From NCBI GenBank assembly GCA_048885925.1, contig JBHLLG010000004.1, positions 19,503 through 83,502 on the forward strand: DNA of 64,000 bases, given 5' to 3'. A program made the position numbers and the translations under genes. This document shows positions 19,094-28,642 of the stretch, piece by piece. Position 1 is the first letter of the stretch; each line of letters begins with the position of its first letter. This DNA comes from Candidatus Hermodarchaeota archaeon (GTDB taxonomy: Archaea; Asgardarchaeota; Lokiarchaeia; Sigyniarchaeales; SOKP01). The notes beneath the pieces were generated by a model. That model saw nothing but the letters and a program-made list of their open reading frames with translations, was not told the origin of the DNA and searched no databases.

Positions 19094-19583
19094 AATCAAA
19101 TTTCTAAATAATTAATTTTTTTTTTTCATTTTCTTTTTTCTTTAATTTTGGTTTTTGCGGTAATTATTTACAAAATCATCAACTTATTGCTGCGAATCAC
19201 CATAGAATTTATAGATGACTTTATCTTTAGAATATTCTTTTTCAACTCGAAGACTTAACTCTCTAGCTTCGAACTCAAGCATTTCTTTACTCTATTCGGT
19301 AATATAAGTGGAAAAATTCCTTCCTTTTGAAATAACACATAAATAGTGAGGGTGTATAAGAAGTTCATCTCCATCAATATTTCGATAGCGGCATCACTAC
19401 CCTTCAGACGGTGATGGAGATGGAGAAGTTGCCATCAATGGATATAATGTAATGCTAATGTTCAGTATTATAACTGGGATTAGTTTCCTTTTAATTAAGA
19501 AATTAAAGCACAAATAAATTTCTAAAATTTTTTTTCCTATTTTCTTAAGAAGATGTTATTTATACTAAATTTTTAAACTTCCC

Positions 19584-21065
19584 CTAATTATATTTAAATT
19601 TCTTGCTTTCTTGATATCCTGTTCCAATTATTTTACCAATTTTATAATAACGATTATCTAATGCGTAGATAATTGGATCTAATTTTGTCATATCTGCAAT
19701 TGTCTGGTCTTCTTCGCTTTTAATCACAAAATCTTTACTAACATAAGATTGTACAACATCTCCAATAAAAATCTGTCTATGCTGAATTGAGAATTCCTTG
19801 ATAACTTTGCATTCTAAATTCACAGGGCATTCCCGAATCATGGGTGCTGTATTTAGGTCACCATAGAAAATTTTAAATAGTTGTGACTTATCCACCTCTT
19901 TTCCAGATACTACACCGCAATAATCAGTTTTTACCAGAAGCTGAGTTGTTGGAAAATTAATACTAAAGGTTCTTTGTTCGAGAATTCCTTGATTTGTATA
20001 ATGATCTTGACCTGATGAAATGTAAACAAGAGGAGGTTTAATACCCATTATTCCGACGTCTCCCAATGTCTCAAAATTAGGTTGATTATTAACAAGTGCT
20101 CCAGCAAGAATGATCGGGACAGGATAAACTAAAGGAACTTTTCCAAATTTAACTTTTTCAGCAGAGGATAATGTTTTTATGATGAAATTATCCATTTGAT
20201 TTATTAGCCAACTTTTCAAAGGATCTTGAATGGGAACCTTTTTAAGATCTTCTGGATCCTCATAACGAGCTGTAATCAATTTATTAACATTTTTAGCTCG
20301 ATAAACAAATGGGCAATTGTAATATAGATTTAATGGATAATTGTAATCAAAAGGGAGTTCATAAAGTTCAATTCTTTCCATGGTCGAGAGAATCACACCT
20401 GATAAGATTGCTTGATGGATGAAAATAGCATAAATGTAGTTCTTATTGTAATAATCGTTAAAACATTGTTCATTATATAATTCTCTATAAGAATTCCACC
20501 ATGATTGAAGTAGTCCTTTCTCTGGTCTAACAATCAAACAACCCGCATTAAAATAAGGTCGAATCTTGTTATGGTCAACATGTGTTTTCATTGGAAAAAT
20601 CTGTTCTTTAGAGATATTACATTTTTGATACACTTGTTCCCAAAATGGATCCATTGGTTCATCATAGAATGACCCAATATTGACGTGATGAACTGGTCGA
20701 TAACCTAAATTCTTATCATCATCTAAAATGAAGTGTTTTGGCTCATTAAAAATAATTGTATTTGAACCAAGCCATGCAAGAAGTCTTGCTTTTTTTTTTG
20801 CTAATGATTCAGCCTTTGCAGCAGCAAAAACATAGTTAATAAAGGGAAATTTTGGCTCATCCTCAGTTGCAAAAGGAATAAGATCAACATTCAGTGATAA
20901 AAATAAATTTTTTAGCTCTTTATTGATATTCTCTTCCAATTCTGGGATTAACACCCAAATTGGATAATCTGATAAAGATTCTCCAAATTTACGAATACTT
21001 GCTGCAAGGATTAGATCTTTTGGGTCTGAACAATCAGAGATATAAGCAAAAATTAATTTTTCCAT
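19584..21065 (-). CDS. Two-domain protein: unknown N-terminal domain (~300 aa) fused to flavin reductase-like (flavoredoxin/HpaC-type) FMN-binding domain
   Basis: The C-terminal ~190 aa follows the flavin-reductase split-barrel pattern (PVPIILAGA...NFETLGDVGIMG...FSINFPT...CPVNLECKV). The N-terminal part has no motif I recognise. Confidence 0.6.
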   Translation of the reverse strand: MEKLIFAYISDCSDPKDLILAASIRKFGESLSDYPIWVLIPELEENINKELKNLFLSLNVDLIPFATEDEPKFPFINYVFAAAKAESLAKKKARLLAWLGSNTIIFNEPKHFILDDDKNLGYRPVHHVNIGSFYDEPMDPFWEQVYQKCNISKEQIFPMKTHVDHNKIRPYFNAGCLIVRPEKGLLQSWWNSYRELYNEQCFNDYYNKNYIYAIFIHQAILSGVILSTMERIELYELPFDYNYPLNLYYNCPFVYRAKNVNKLITARYEDPEDLKKVPIQDPLKSWLINQMDNFIIKTLSSAEKVKFGKVPLVYPVPIILAGALVNNQPNFETLGDVGIMGIKPPLVYISSGQDHYTNQGILEQRTFSINFPTTQLLVKTDYCGVVSGKEVDKSQLFKIFYGDLNTAPMIRECPVNLECKVIKEFSIQHRQIFIGDVVQSYVSKDFVIKSEEDQTIADMTKLDPIIYALDNRYYKIGKIIGTGYQESKKFKYN

Positions 21066-21444
21066 TTAAAAACCAAGCTCATATTATTTCATTTTAAAAT
21101 GAATATTAAAACACTAATTAGTAATTAAATTATTCTGATGAATTAAATTCATTAATGAATATCATAAAAAAAGAAAATAATGAACTTATTCTTCTAGTTA
21201 AATCTTTTTAATCTTATCAATTAAAGCTGGAATGGGTTCTTGTAGATCTCCAAATATCCCATAATAAGCCCAATTAAAGATAGATATTTTTAGATTATTT
21301 ATCCGAGATATAGATTACCAATTATAGAAGATTTGAATCTCTTGAAATTCATTTTTTATATAATATGTATTTTAAATTCATTTCAATTTCTATTTGAACA
21401 TGTTCGAAATTAAAAATATATAATGACTGCCTTTTCATTTAATC

Positions 21445-22230
21445 ATGACTGAAGCAAAACAATATAAAATAGTAAAAAGAAAAATAATTAAGATCGATGA
21501 AGATCTGTGTACAGGATGCGGAAATTGTGTAGTTGATTGTGCAGAAGGAGCTTTAAAAGTAATTGATGGAAAAGCTAGGGTTATAAATGAAATATTCTGC
21601 GATGGTCTTGGTGCATGCATTTCTGGGTGTCCTGAGGGTGCACTTGAAATAATCGAAAGAGAGGCTTTAGAGTTTGATGAGGAAGCTGTGGAAAAACATT
21701 TAGAATCCATGAAAGATAACAAATCTGCTGAAACTGAACAAATAAAGCAAATTGTTTCTGAACATGCCCACCAATGTGGTTGTCCTTCTGCTCAAACAAT
21801 GGTTTTTGACGAACCTGAGGTACAATCTGAAGTTGCAGGAAAGATACCTTCAGCTCTACGACAGTGGCCTGTTCAAATGCACTTAATCAATCCACGAGCT
21901 CCATATTATCAAGGTGCAGATGTTCTTCTTTCAGCTGACTGTGTAGGATTTTCATATGGAGATTTTCATAGAGACTTCTTGAAGCATAAATCCATTGCTA
22001 TTGCATGTCCTAAGCTTGATCAAGGAAAAGAAGTCTACATTGAAAAAATTAAATCTTTAATAGATGATGCTAAAATTAACACACTTACAGTTACCATTAT
22101 GGAAGTGCCCTGCTGTGGAGGACTATTAGCCTTAGCTCAAGAAGGCGCTAAGAGAGCAACCCGAAAAGTTCCTATAAAATATATGGTTGTAGGGATTCAA
22201 GGAAATATAATAAAAGAAGAATGGATCTAA
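21445..22230 (+). CDS. 4Fe-4S dicluster domain protein with conserved Cys-containing C-terminal domain
   Basis: CTGCGNCVVDCAEGAL and CDGLGACISGCPEGAL ferredoxin motifs. C-terminal part has ADCVGF, ACPKLDQ, VPCCGG. Confidence 0.75.
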   Translation: MTEAKQYKIVKRKIIKIDEDLCTGCGNCVVDCAEGALKVIDGKARVINEIFCDGLGACISGCPEGALEIIEREALEFDEEAVEKHLESMKDNKSAETEQIKQIVSEHAHQCGCPSAQTMVFDEPEVQSEVAGKIPSALRQWPVQMHLINPRAPYYQGADVLLSADCVGFSYGDFHRDFLKHKSIAIACPKLDQGKEVYIEKIKSLIDDAKINTLTVTIMEVPCCGGLLALAQEGAKRATRKVPIKYMVVGIQGNIIKEEWI

Positions 22231-22247
22231 TTTTTTTTTAATAATTT

Positions 22248-22901
22248 TTATTTTTTAAGCAAAACTTTTTTCTTAATGATTTTTCTTAACATTACTGATA
22301 AAGCTGCCTTAGATTTCCCTATTTGGTTAGCTAATTCTTCTAATGAAATCTTTCGAGGAACTTCGAAAAATCCTGAAGTGATGGCTTTATCGAGAATACT
22401 CAATTCATCATAAGTCAATTTGTTTTTATCATTTTCAAGGATGTATGGGGAAACACCAATCCTTAATAATTCAAAATCAATTCTTTTTTGTTCAAAAAGA
22501 GTTAATAGCTGATCTATCCGTTCTCTACTTGCTATCAACCTCCAATAAGCAAATCCCTCTTCAACTCTTACGGGAAAGTCTACAAGAACACCACACTTTA
22601 TTATGGCATACAACAAATAAGGATCCTTTGTTTTAACATTGAATTTAACTCGACTTTCTTCCTTTTCTATGATATTCAGTTCAAAAACTGAGGGATGATT
22701 TCTAACTTGTTCAAGAATAGAATCAATATTATAATGCAGAATTTCAATTACACTGTTACCAATAGATTTTTCAAGATCATAAGGAAGAAAATGTGAAATC
22801 TCCATCTTGATATCAGGAAAATTTTTGAAAATTTCAGAAATCCATATTTGTTCTGGAAACTTAATCTTTATTCTTGCTAAGCTTGGTTTTTCCGTAGCCA
22901 T
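22248..22901 (-). CDS. Bat-like HTH-10 family transcriptional regulator
   Basis: C-terminal LTYDELSILDKAITSGFFEVPRKISLEELANQIGKSKAALSVMLRK matches the archaeal HTH_10 (bacterio-opsin activator type) pattern. Confidence 0.7.
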   Translation of the reverse strand: MATEKPSLARIKIKFPEQIWISEIFKNFPDIKMEISHFLPYDLEKSIGNSVIEILHYNIDSILEQVRNHPSVFELNIIEKEESRVKFNVKTKDPYLLYAIIKCGVLVDFPVRVEEGFAYWRLIASRERIDQLLTLFEQKRIDFELLRIGVSPYILENDKNKLTYDELSILDKAITSGFFEVPRKISLEELANQIGKSKAALSVMLRKIIKKKVLLKK

Positions 22902-22987
22902 CTTGAAATATTAATGTTTAAGATTTTAAAACTTTATTTTTATACATAATGATTAATTATTAATAAAAACAATTTAAATGCATTATT

Positions 22988-23587
22988 ATGGTAGAAAAGA
23001 AGAATTTATTACTTGGAATATCTGGTAGCCCAAGAAAACAGGGGACTGAATATGCTATCCAATATGCTTTAAATTATGCTGCTGAAAAGTTTGGATTTGA
23101 AACGGAATTTTGGACTGTCAGAAATAAGGATATTAAGTTTTGTCTACATTGTGATTATTGCATTCGAGAAAAAAAGGGGTGTGTAAATAAAGATGATATG
23201 GAGGAACTCTATACTAAATTAGAACAAGCTAATTTTTTTCTGTTTGGAACTCCTGTTTTCCAAGGAAACTTATCAGGACAAATTAAAACCGTTTTAGATC
23301 GATGTCGTGCAATGGTCGCTAAAACTCCCAACGTATTCAAGAATAAAATTGGAGCAGCACTAGCTGTTGGGGGAGATCGAAGTGGAGGACAAGAAATTGC
23401 AATTAGAGGTATTTTAGATTTTTTTCAACAAAATCATATAATAAGTGCTTCTGGTGGTGCTTTTGGGGCTAATTTAGGTGCTAGTCTGTGGAGTAGAGAT
23501 ATGGGAAAAGAAGGGATTGAAAAAGATGAAGAAGGTTTACGCACCATCCGAAAGGTAATAAAAAGATTAGTAGAATTTAAAAAATAA
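22988..23587 (+). CDS. Iron-sulfur flavoprotein (Isf) / NADPH-dependent FMN reductase family
   Basis: GISGSPRKQGT flavodoxin-like start and the compact Cys motif CLHCDYCIREKKGC typical of Isf. Confidence 0.8.
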   Translation: MVEKKNLLLGISGSPRKQGTEYAIQYALNYAAEKFGFETEFWTVRNKDIKFCLHCDYCIREKKGCVNKDDMEELYTKLEQANFFLFGTPVFQGNLSGQIKTVLDRCRAMVAKTPNVFKNKIGAALAVGGDRSGGQEIAIRGILDFFQQNHIISASGGAFGANLGASLWSRDMGKEGIEKDEEGLRTIRKVIKRLVEFKK

Positions 23588-23637
23588 TATTGAATTTTCC
23601 TAATTTATATTTAAATTAGAATTTTTGTATTCAAATA

Positions 23638-24108
23638 ATGGAGAATGTGAAAGAAAAACAAAAAAAAAAGAAGTATCAGATAAAGATTCTTTTGTTAATA
23701 GAATCAATTTTATTGATTATAGGGATATCATTTACAATGATCTCTAATATCTTGGACAATGAGTCAATTTTTCATAAATTATGTGGAGTTACATCCGGAT
23801 TAATTCTTTTTATATTTATAACCACTTGTGTTTTTTATATAGACATTAGATCACCAGAAGAAGTGAAAGTACCAATTGATAAGAAGAAAAATTTAACAAA
23901 AAATATTATTGTTGCAACTCTAGTCTTTAGCGGATTTGGACTAATGATAATAACAGTATATTTAAATATTTTTATCGAAGATCATCCAACTATTGCTCAA
24001 TTTTGTTCTTATGGAGGGGAACTGGGTTTTATTATTATGATTTCTGGATATGTTTTAGCGATAATTCTTTTTATAGAAAAACCAAAAAAAGAAAAACCAA
24101 AAGAATAA
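23638..24108 (+). CDS. Hypothetical membrane protein (about 4 TM)
   Basis: Hydrophobic segments flanked by Lys-rich termini. No family recognised. Confidence 0.4.
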   Translation: MENVKEKQKKKKYQIKILLLIESILLIIGISFTMISNILDNESIFHKLCGVTSGLILFIFITTCVFYIDIRSPEEVKVPIDKKKNLTKNIIVATLVFSGFGLMIITVYLNIFIEDHPTIAQFCSYGGELGFIIMISGYVLAIILFIEKPKKEKPKE

Positions 24109-24149
24109 ATAAAGAATTAGATAAAAAATTTCAATGTATTTAAAAAAAT

Positions 24150-24443
24150 CTATTTCACTCCGAATAATTTTTTTGCTTCTTTTTCTCTAAGACCAGAAAC
24201 ACCCCAGAGTTCTTTAAACCAATATTTTCCTTTATGTATTACCACTGGTGTGTTCACAATACATCCATCAACATCACAGAAGGTTTTTAGAAAGTTGTCA
24301 TCATGTAATAGCTCATGTACAAATTCCTCATCATTTATGTCTCGTTCAATATATCTAACTTCATTCTTATTTAACCAGTCCTTTAGATCATGACAAAGGT
24401 GACAGTCCTCTTTTGTTATTACGATAGGTGTTTTAGCTTCCAT
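24150..24443 (-). CDS. Glutaredoxin/NrdH-like small thioredoxin-fold protein
   Basis: CHLC active-site motif near the N-terminus in a 97-aa protein with a TPVV...G cis-Pro region. Confidence 0.65.
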   Translation of the reverse strand: MEAKTPIVITKEDCHLCHDLKDWLNKNEVRYIERDINDEEFVHELLHDDNFLKTFCDVDGCIVNTPVVIHKGKYWFKELWGVSGLREKEAKKLFGVK

Positions 24444-24656
24444 ATTAAAAAGATAACTAAAAATAATAAAAAAGCTTTTTCTTCTGAATTATAAATTGTA
24501 TAAGGTAAAATTGATTAGTTAAAAAATTTTAAAATAAATCTTATTGAAATTAAAAATAAACCATGAATTTTTACTTTTTTTTTACTTCATTTTCGAATAA
24601 ATTTAATAAATTATTATAATTAGATTCTTATTTCTTATTCTTATTTTTATCTTAAG

Positions 24657-25106
24657 ATGGATCAAAAAACTCGGAATGAAGTATTTAATAGTCATATAAA
24701 AATACTATTTCATAGTACTGATTGGAAAGAAAGAGCATTCGCAGCGCAAAATCTTGGTCAATTAGGAGAAGCTAGGGCGACTAATATGTTAACAAGAGCT
24801 TTAAAGTCTGAAAAAGATGCTGGTGTCATTAATCAAATTATTAAAGCGATGGGTGAGATTGGTGATTCAAAAGCTACTATGATAATAATAGATTATTTGA
24901 AAAAAGAATTGGAAAAACCCGAAAAAGAACAAGATAAAACGAGGCTATTTATTATCTTAGAGAGTCTTATGAAAATTGGAGATAAGCGAGCGCTTGAACA
25001 TTTAGGAATACTATTAGATTCTTGTCATAGTGATATTAGAAAACTCACAGAAGAGGCTTTTGATTGTATCGATCCAAAATGGAAACTTAATATTAAATCC
25101 ATTTAA
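24657..25106 (+). CDS. HEAT-repeat (PBS-lyase-type) protein
   Basis: Repeated R.AA..LG.LGD..A...L pattern (AAQNLGQLGEARA, KAMGEIGDSKA, LMKIGDKRA). Confidence 0.7.
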   Translation: MDQKTRNEVFNSHIKILFHSTDWKERAFAAQNLGQLGEARATNMLTRALKSEKDAGVINQIIKAMGEIGDSKATMIIIDYLKKELEKPEKEQDKTRLFIILESLMKIGDKRALEHLGILLDSCHSDIRKLTEEAFDCIDPKWKLNIKSI

Positions 25107-25144
25107 TTCAAAAATTTTTTAAAAAATGAGGAGAAAATAAAAGT

Positions 25145-25456
25145 ATGTCTGAAATTATTAATAAATTAGCACAAACCGTTGATGGTTCCAAGAAAAGTAG
25201 AGATATTACTATTTTAACATTATCTACTTGTATGTGGTGTAAGAAATGCAAGGCGTGGTTAAATGAGCGTGATGTTAAATATAGATATGTTGATGTTGAT
25301 AAAATAAATTTTGATGATAAATCAAAAATAATGGATTACTTAATAAATAAATACAATTCTCGTGTGTCTTATCCATTTATGATCTGTGATGGTGAGATTG
25401 TAGTAGGCTATAATCCAAATAAATACGAAGAATTATTAAAAGCTGGAGGAAATTAA
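25145..25456 (+). CDS. Glutaredoxin-like protein (CxxC), partner of the FTR-like subunit
   Basis: CMWCKKC motif, thioredoxin-fold length, YPFMICDGEIVVGY. The stop lies 1 nt before the next ATG. Confidence 0.7.
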   Translation: MSEIINKLAQTVDGSKKSRDITILTLSTCMWCKKCKAWLNERDVKYRYVDVDKINFDDKSKIMDYLINKYNSRVSYPFMICDGEIVVGYNPNKYEELLKAGGN

Positions 25457-25457
25457 G

Positions 25458-25823
25458 ATGGATATGAAAACTAAGGAAGGAATGAAAGAGTATTGTAATA
25501 AGGTATGTAAAACCAATAATTGGATATTAAATAAAGATCAAGAAACACTCAATAATTTAATCGATGGTTTAGTAGATAATAAGAACAATATTGGTTACCA
25601 ATCCTGTCCTTGTCGTCTTGCCTCAGGTAATCGAGATTTAGACAGGGATTTAATATGTCCTTGTGATTATGCTCCATTAGATATAAAGGAATATGGCGCA
25701 TGCTACTGCAATTTATATCTGCGTTCAGATTTCTATGATACAATAGGAAAAAAGTATATCGTTGTTCCTGAAAGAAGACCTTTAGAGAAAGAAAAAGCTG
25801 TTTTAAATTATTTTAAAAAATAA
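25458..25823 (+). CDS. Ferredoxin:thioredoxin reductase catalytic-subunit-like protein (FTRc/FDR family)
   Basis: Signature CPC-x16-CPC-x8-CYC (CPCRLASGNRDLDRDLICPCDYAPLDIKEYGACYCNLY). Confidence 0.85.
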   Translation: MDMKTKEGMKEYCNKVCKTNNWILNKDQETLNNLIDGLVDNKNNIGYQSCPCRLASGNRDLDRDLICPCDYAPLDIKEYGACYCNLYLRSDFYDTIGKKYIVVPERRPLEKEKAVLNYFKK

Positions 25824-26184
25824 ATCTCAATAATATTTCCCTTTTTTTCGGTTAATGTGATATAACTAATTTTAAATTCACTTTTTTTCTATAAATAAAA
25901 TCCTTAAATATTACATTTTCTCTTTGTTAATTATGCCAGATAAAGAAATTACTGATGATGAATTAGAAAAGGAACTCGATAAAGCATTTAAAGAAAGCGA
26001 AAGATTAAGAGATCATTGTGGAACCCCTTTACCAAGTAATAAAGAGGTGGGTGTTCAAAGAACAGATGTAAAATTGAAAAAGGATAAGTAAATATTAATA
26101 TAATTTAATTTTTGTTTATTTTTTTATCTTGTCTATCTTGATTCGACATTTGAATTTTAAAAAAAAGAATTTAATAAAAAAGCT

Positions 26185-27234
26185 TCAATCTATCTTTTCA
26201 ACAATTTTTAATTTAGTAATAGCACCAATCTCATTAAATTCACTAGGACTTAGTTCAATATTTTTTCCTGTTAAAGTATTTGCTATTGTAGCTGCTAATA
26301 TTCCCCATGGACATATAGAGTTAATTAATTCTTCAGGTTTCATATAAGATCTAACAACTGATGTAGAACAGTTTATTGATTCGACAGTAAATTCATGTTC
26401 AGAGATCCATTTTATTTTTAATTTCTCAGCCATACCGATTTTTTCAAATTTAGTCATTGCGATTTCCATAGCTTCATTTAAATTATGGCTTTTTAATTCC
26501 TCTAGATTTAATCCAATTTTTTCAGCATATCTTTCCAAAAATTCATAAGTTTTTGGAAAAACATATTTATATAGTACTGGAGTTCCAACTAACTCCTTAG
26601 CACTCCCTTCATAGCCAAATGTAATTCCGTGCAAAATCATAGAAACACCATGTAAATTTCTCATTTTTTCAGGTCTTCCAAATATTGTTCTTCTAAATAA
26701 AGATATAAGGAATAGACAAGTTCCGCCTAAAAATGGAATGAGAGCTGTCCATAGAAATGAATCAGGGACTAAGCCTAATGTAATTGGATAGATATAAATT
26801 TTTGCATCATAATAATTATAAATACTTGTCCAATAGGACATACTCCATCCAATTACACCTAATGGTCCAATAATATGCCCATATTTGTAGATCTCATCTT
26901 TTTTAAATTTAGCGATAATTATTTTTATGGTAATTAATACTAACGCACCAAAACCCCCGATCCAAGTGTGTGCCCATAGTCCAGAAGGTGTAAATAAATA
27001 TGGATTATTAGATTTTATATAAGAATCTAACATAATTAAACATAATATCATTGCTACGTAAAAGATAATAATTTCGATTCGCCCATACCATTTATGAAAT
27101 TTTATTAAGGGAATATCTCCCTTCATATTGTTTAAATCTCTGATATTCGAGAGTCCAATTAAAGAATTTGCAATAACAAAACAATAGCCTATTAATGACA
27201 TGAAAACCATAAATTCTATTAAAACTTCTGACAT
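26185..27234 (-). CDS. Membrane protein (about 6 TM) with C-terminal V4R-like soluble domain (tentative)
   Basis: N-terminal 200 aa are hydrophobic. The C-terminal ESINCST...INSICPWGILAATIANTLTG resembles V4R small-molecule-binding domains. Pattern-level call only. Confidence 0.35.
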   Translation of the reverse strand: MSEVLIEFMVFMSLIGYCFVIANSLIGLSNIRDLNNMKGDIPLIKFHKWYGRIEIIIFYVAMILCLIMLDSYIKSNNPYLFTPSGLWAHTWIGGFGALVLITIKIIIAKFKKDEIYKYGHIIGPLGVIGWSMSYWTSIYNYYDAKIYIYPITLGLVPDSFLWTALIPFLGGTCLFLISLFRRTIFGRPEKMRNLHGVSMILHGITFGYEGSAKELVGTPVLYKYVFPKTYEFLERYAEKIGLNLEELKSHNLNEAMEIAMTKFEKIGMAEKLKIKWISEHEFTVESINCSTSVVRSYMKPEELINSICPWGILAATIANTLTGKNIELSPSEFNEIGAITKLKIVEKID

Positions 27235-27367
27235 TTTCCATCTCTCAAGTACATTTTAGATTTTTTAAAATTTAATCAAATAATTTTTAATTAATAACTA
27301 TGTTTTACGACAATATTAAGGTTATATCTATAATTTATGTAGTTAAAATAAAAATCAAGAGAATGTT

Positions 27368-28471
27368 CTAAAACTGTTTAAAAATAGAAAAACATAAGTT
27401 TTGAATTACTTCAAAATTGTTATAATCTTCAACATTTCCTATCAATATCAACGCATAATTATTTAAGTTCAAACAAATCGTAGTAATCCTTTCTCCTCCT
27501 ATAGAAGCATTATATAATGTTCTATTATATATTTCTTCACTAGTTTTTTTTGAGGCGGTTAAAAAACTGATAGTTTCAGGAATAAAATTAGAACAATCAT
27601 ATGTAGAATCAAAAATTCTAGAAAATAATATTTTCCCTAATAAATCAACTAAAAAAACTTGCTTAATTTTAGTATCCCATTTAACACTCTCGAATTTTTC
27701 TTCTAATTTCTTTGGTTTTTTAATGTATTTTTCCTTAGCTCTAAAAAAATCCAAAGATAAATATTGATTTTCATAATTTTCTAACAATTGATATTGTCTA
27801 ATGATTAAAATTGCATCTCGTTTCTCAACAAGTAGATTCTCATTTCGAACAGTATTAAGTAAGATCCATTTTAACTTCTCATTTAGATTATTATAATATA
27901 ATAAGTTTGCAGAATTTATAATAAGAGGAATAAGAAAACTTAATCTATCTTTATTAATATATTGTTTAGCATATATATAGTAAATGATTCCACTTTTATG
28001 TTCAAGAAAAATAATTGATTTTAAAATTCCAAGTTTTTGGATCTTTTTTATAGAGTCTTCTAAAACATCAATTCCATGTGAGTATAAAATATCTTCTACA
28101 TTTTTATCAAATTTTTGAAATTCAGAAATTTCACCATCAAATTCTCGATTTAGTATTGAACTAAATTCTATTGTAAAATCATCCATAATTTTATGGATTA
28201 AAGAATGTAATAGTTCAATAAATTCTTCATTTTTAGTTGTTACTACAAAGGTCAGTTTTTGGTGATATTTTTCAAATTTCTCAAAAATTATTTGAGTTTC
28301 TTTTAATTTTAAAGATTTGATATCTTCTCCTCTTTCAAAGACTGCAAATGTATTTATTGCGGTTAAAAAACCGCTAAATAAATCATCATCAGTAGAAGTT
28401 CCTTTTCCTGAAGGATGCCAATTATATAATAATGTTCCCGCTTCATTGAAAATTAATAAATCTTCAATCAT
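27368..28471 (-). CDS. Hypothetical protein with longin/roadblock-like domains at both ends
   Basis: N-terminal MIEDLLIFNEAGTLLYNW...LFSGFLTAINTFAVF...LTFVVTT and C-terminal QVFLVDLLGKILFSRIF...ALILIGN follow the beta-beta-alpha-beta-beta-beta pattern of longin/roadblock folds. No catalytic motif. Confidence 0.4.
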   Translation of the reverse strand: MIEDLLIFNEAGTLLYNWHPSGKGTSTDDDLFSGFLTAINTFAVFERGEDIKSLKLKETQIIFEKFEKYHQKLTFVVTTKNEEFIELLHSLIHKIMDDFTIEFSSILNREFDGEISEFQKFDKNVEDILYSHGIDVLEDSIKKIQKLGILKSIIFLEHKSGIIYYIYAKQYINKDRLSFLIPLIINSANLLYYNNLNEKLKWILLNTVRNENLLVEKRDAILIIRQYQLLENYENQYLSLDFFRAKEKYIKKPKKLEEKFESVKWDTKIKQVFLVDLLGKILFSRIFDSTYDCSNFIPETISFLTASKKTSEEIYNRTLYNASIGGERITTICLNLNNYALILIGNVEDYNNFEVIQNLCFSIFKQF

Positions 28472-28642
28472 TTCATTTGGTATATATGATTTTTCTATTA
28501 AAAATTATCCTTAATTTTGGATAAAATTTTAATTTAATAATTAATAACAATGATCTTTTTAAATCAATAATTAAAGCTTTTCTTAATAAACTTTTAAGTT
28601 TTAAAAATAAGTATTCTAAGGATTAATAATTGTTAATTAATT

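Noticed and set aside
21137-21151. Perfect palindrome ATGAATT-A-AATTCAT upstream of the 19584..21065 gene.
   Set aside because: It is short and composed of A/T only, so chance occurrence is likely. There is no second copy elsewhere in the window.
21180-21290. Minus-strand fragment ...SIFNWAYYGIFGDLQEPIPALIDKIKKI-stop in the 380-bp spacer.
   Set aside because: Only about 30 codons are open, there is no start, and I recognise no family. It may be a gene remnant but is unsupported.
21435-21799. Minus-strand ORFs 21435..21722 and 21581..21799.
   Set aside because: They lie antisense to the ferredoxin-domain gene, whose CxxCxxCxxxC motifs clearly define the real frame.
25933-26091. 52-aa plus-strand ORF (MPDKEITDDELEKELDKAFKESERLRDHCGTPLPSNKEVGVQRTDVKLKKDK).
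   Set aside because: There is no motif, no clear RBS, and I cannot assess conservation. It is charged low-complexity sequence that could arise by chance in A-rich DNA, so it is left unannotated.
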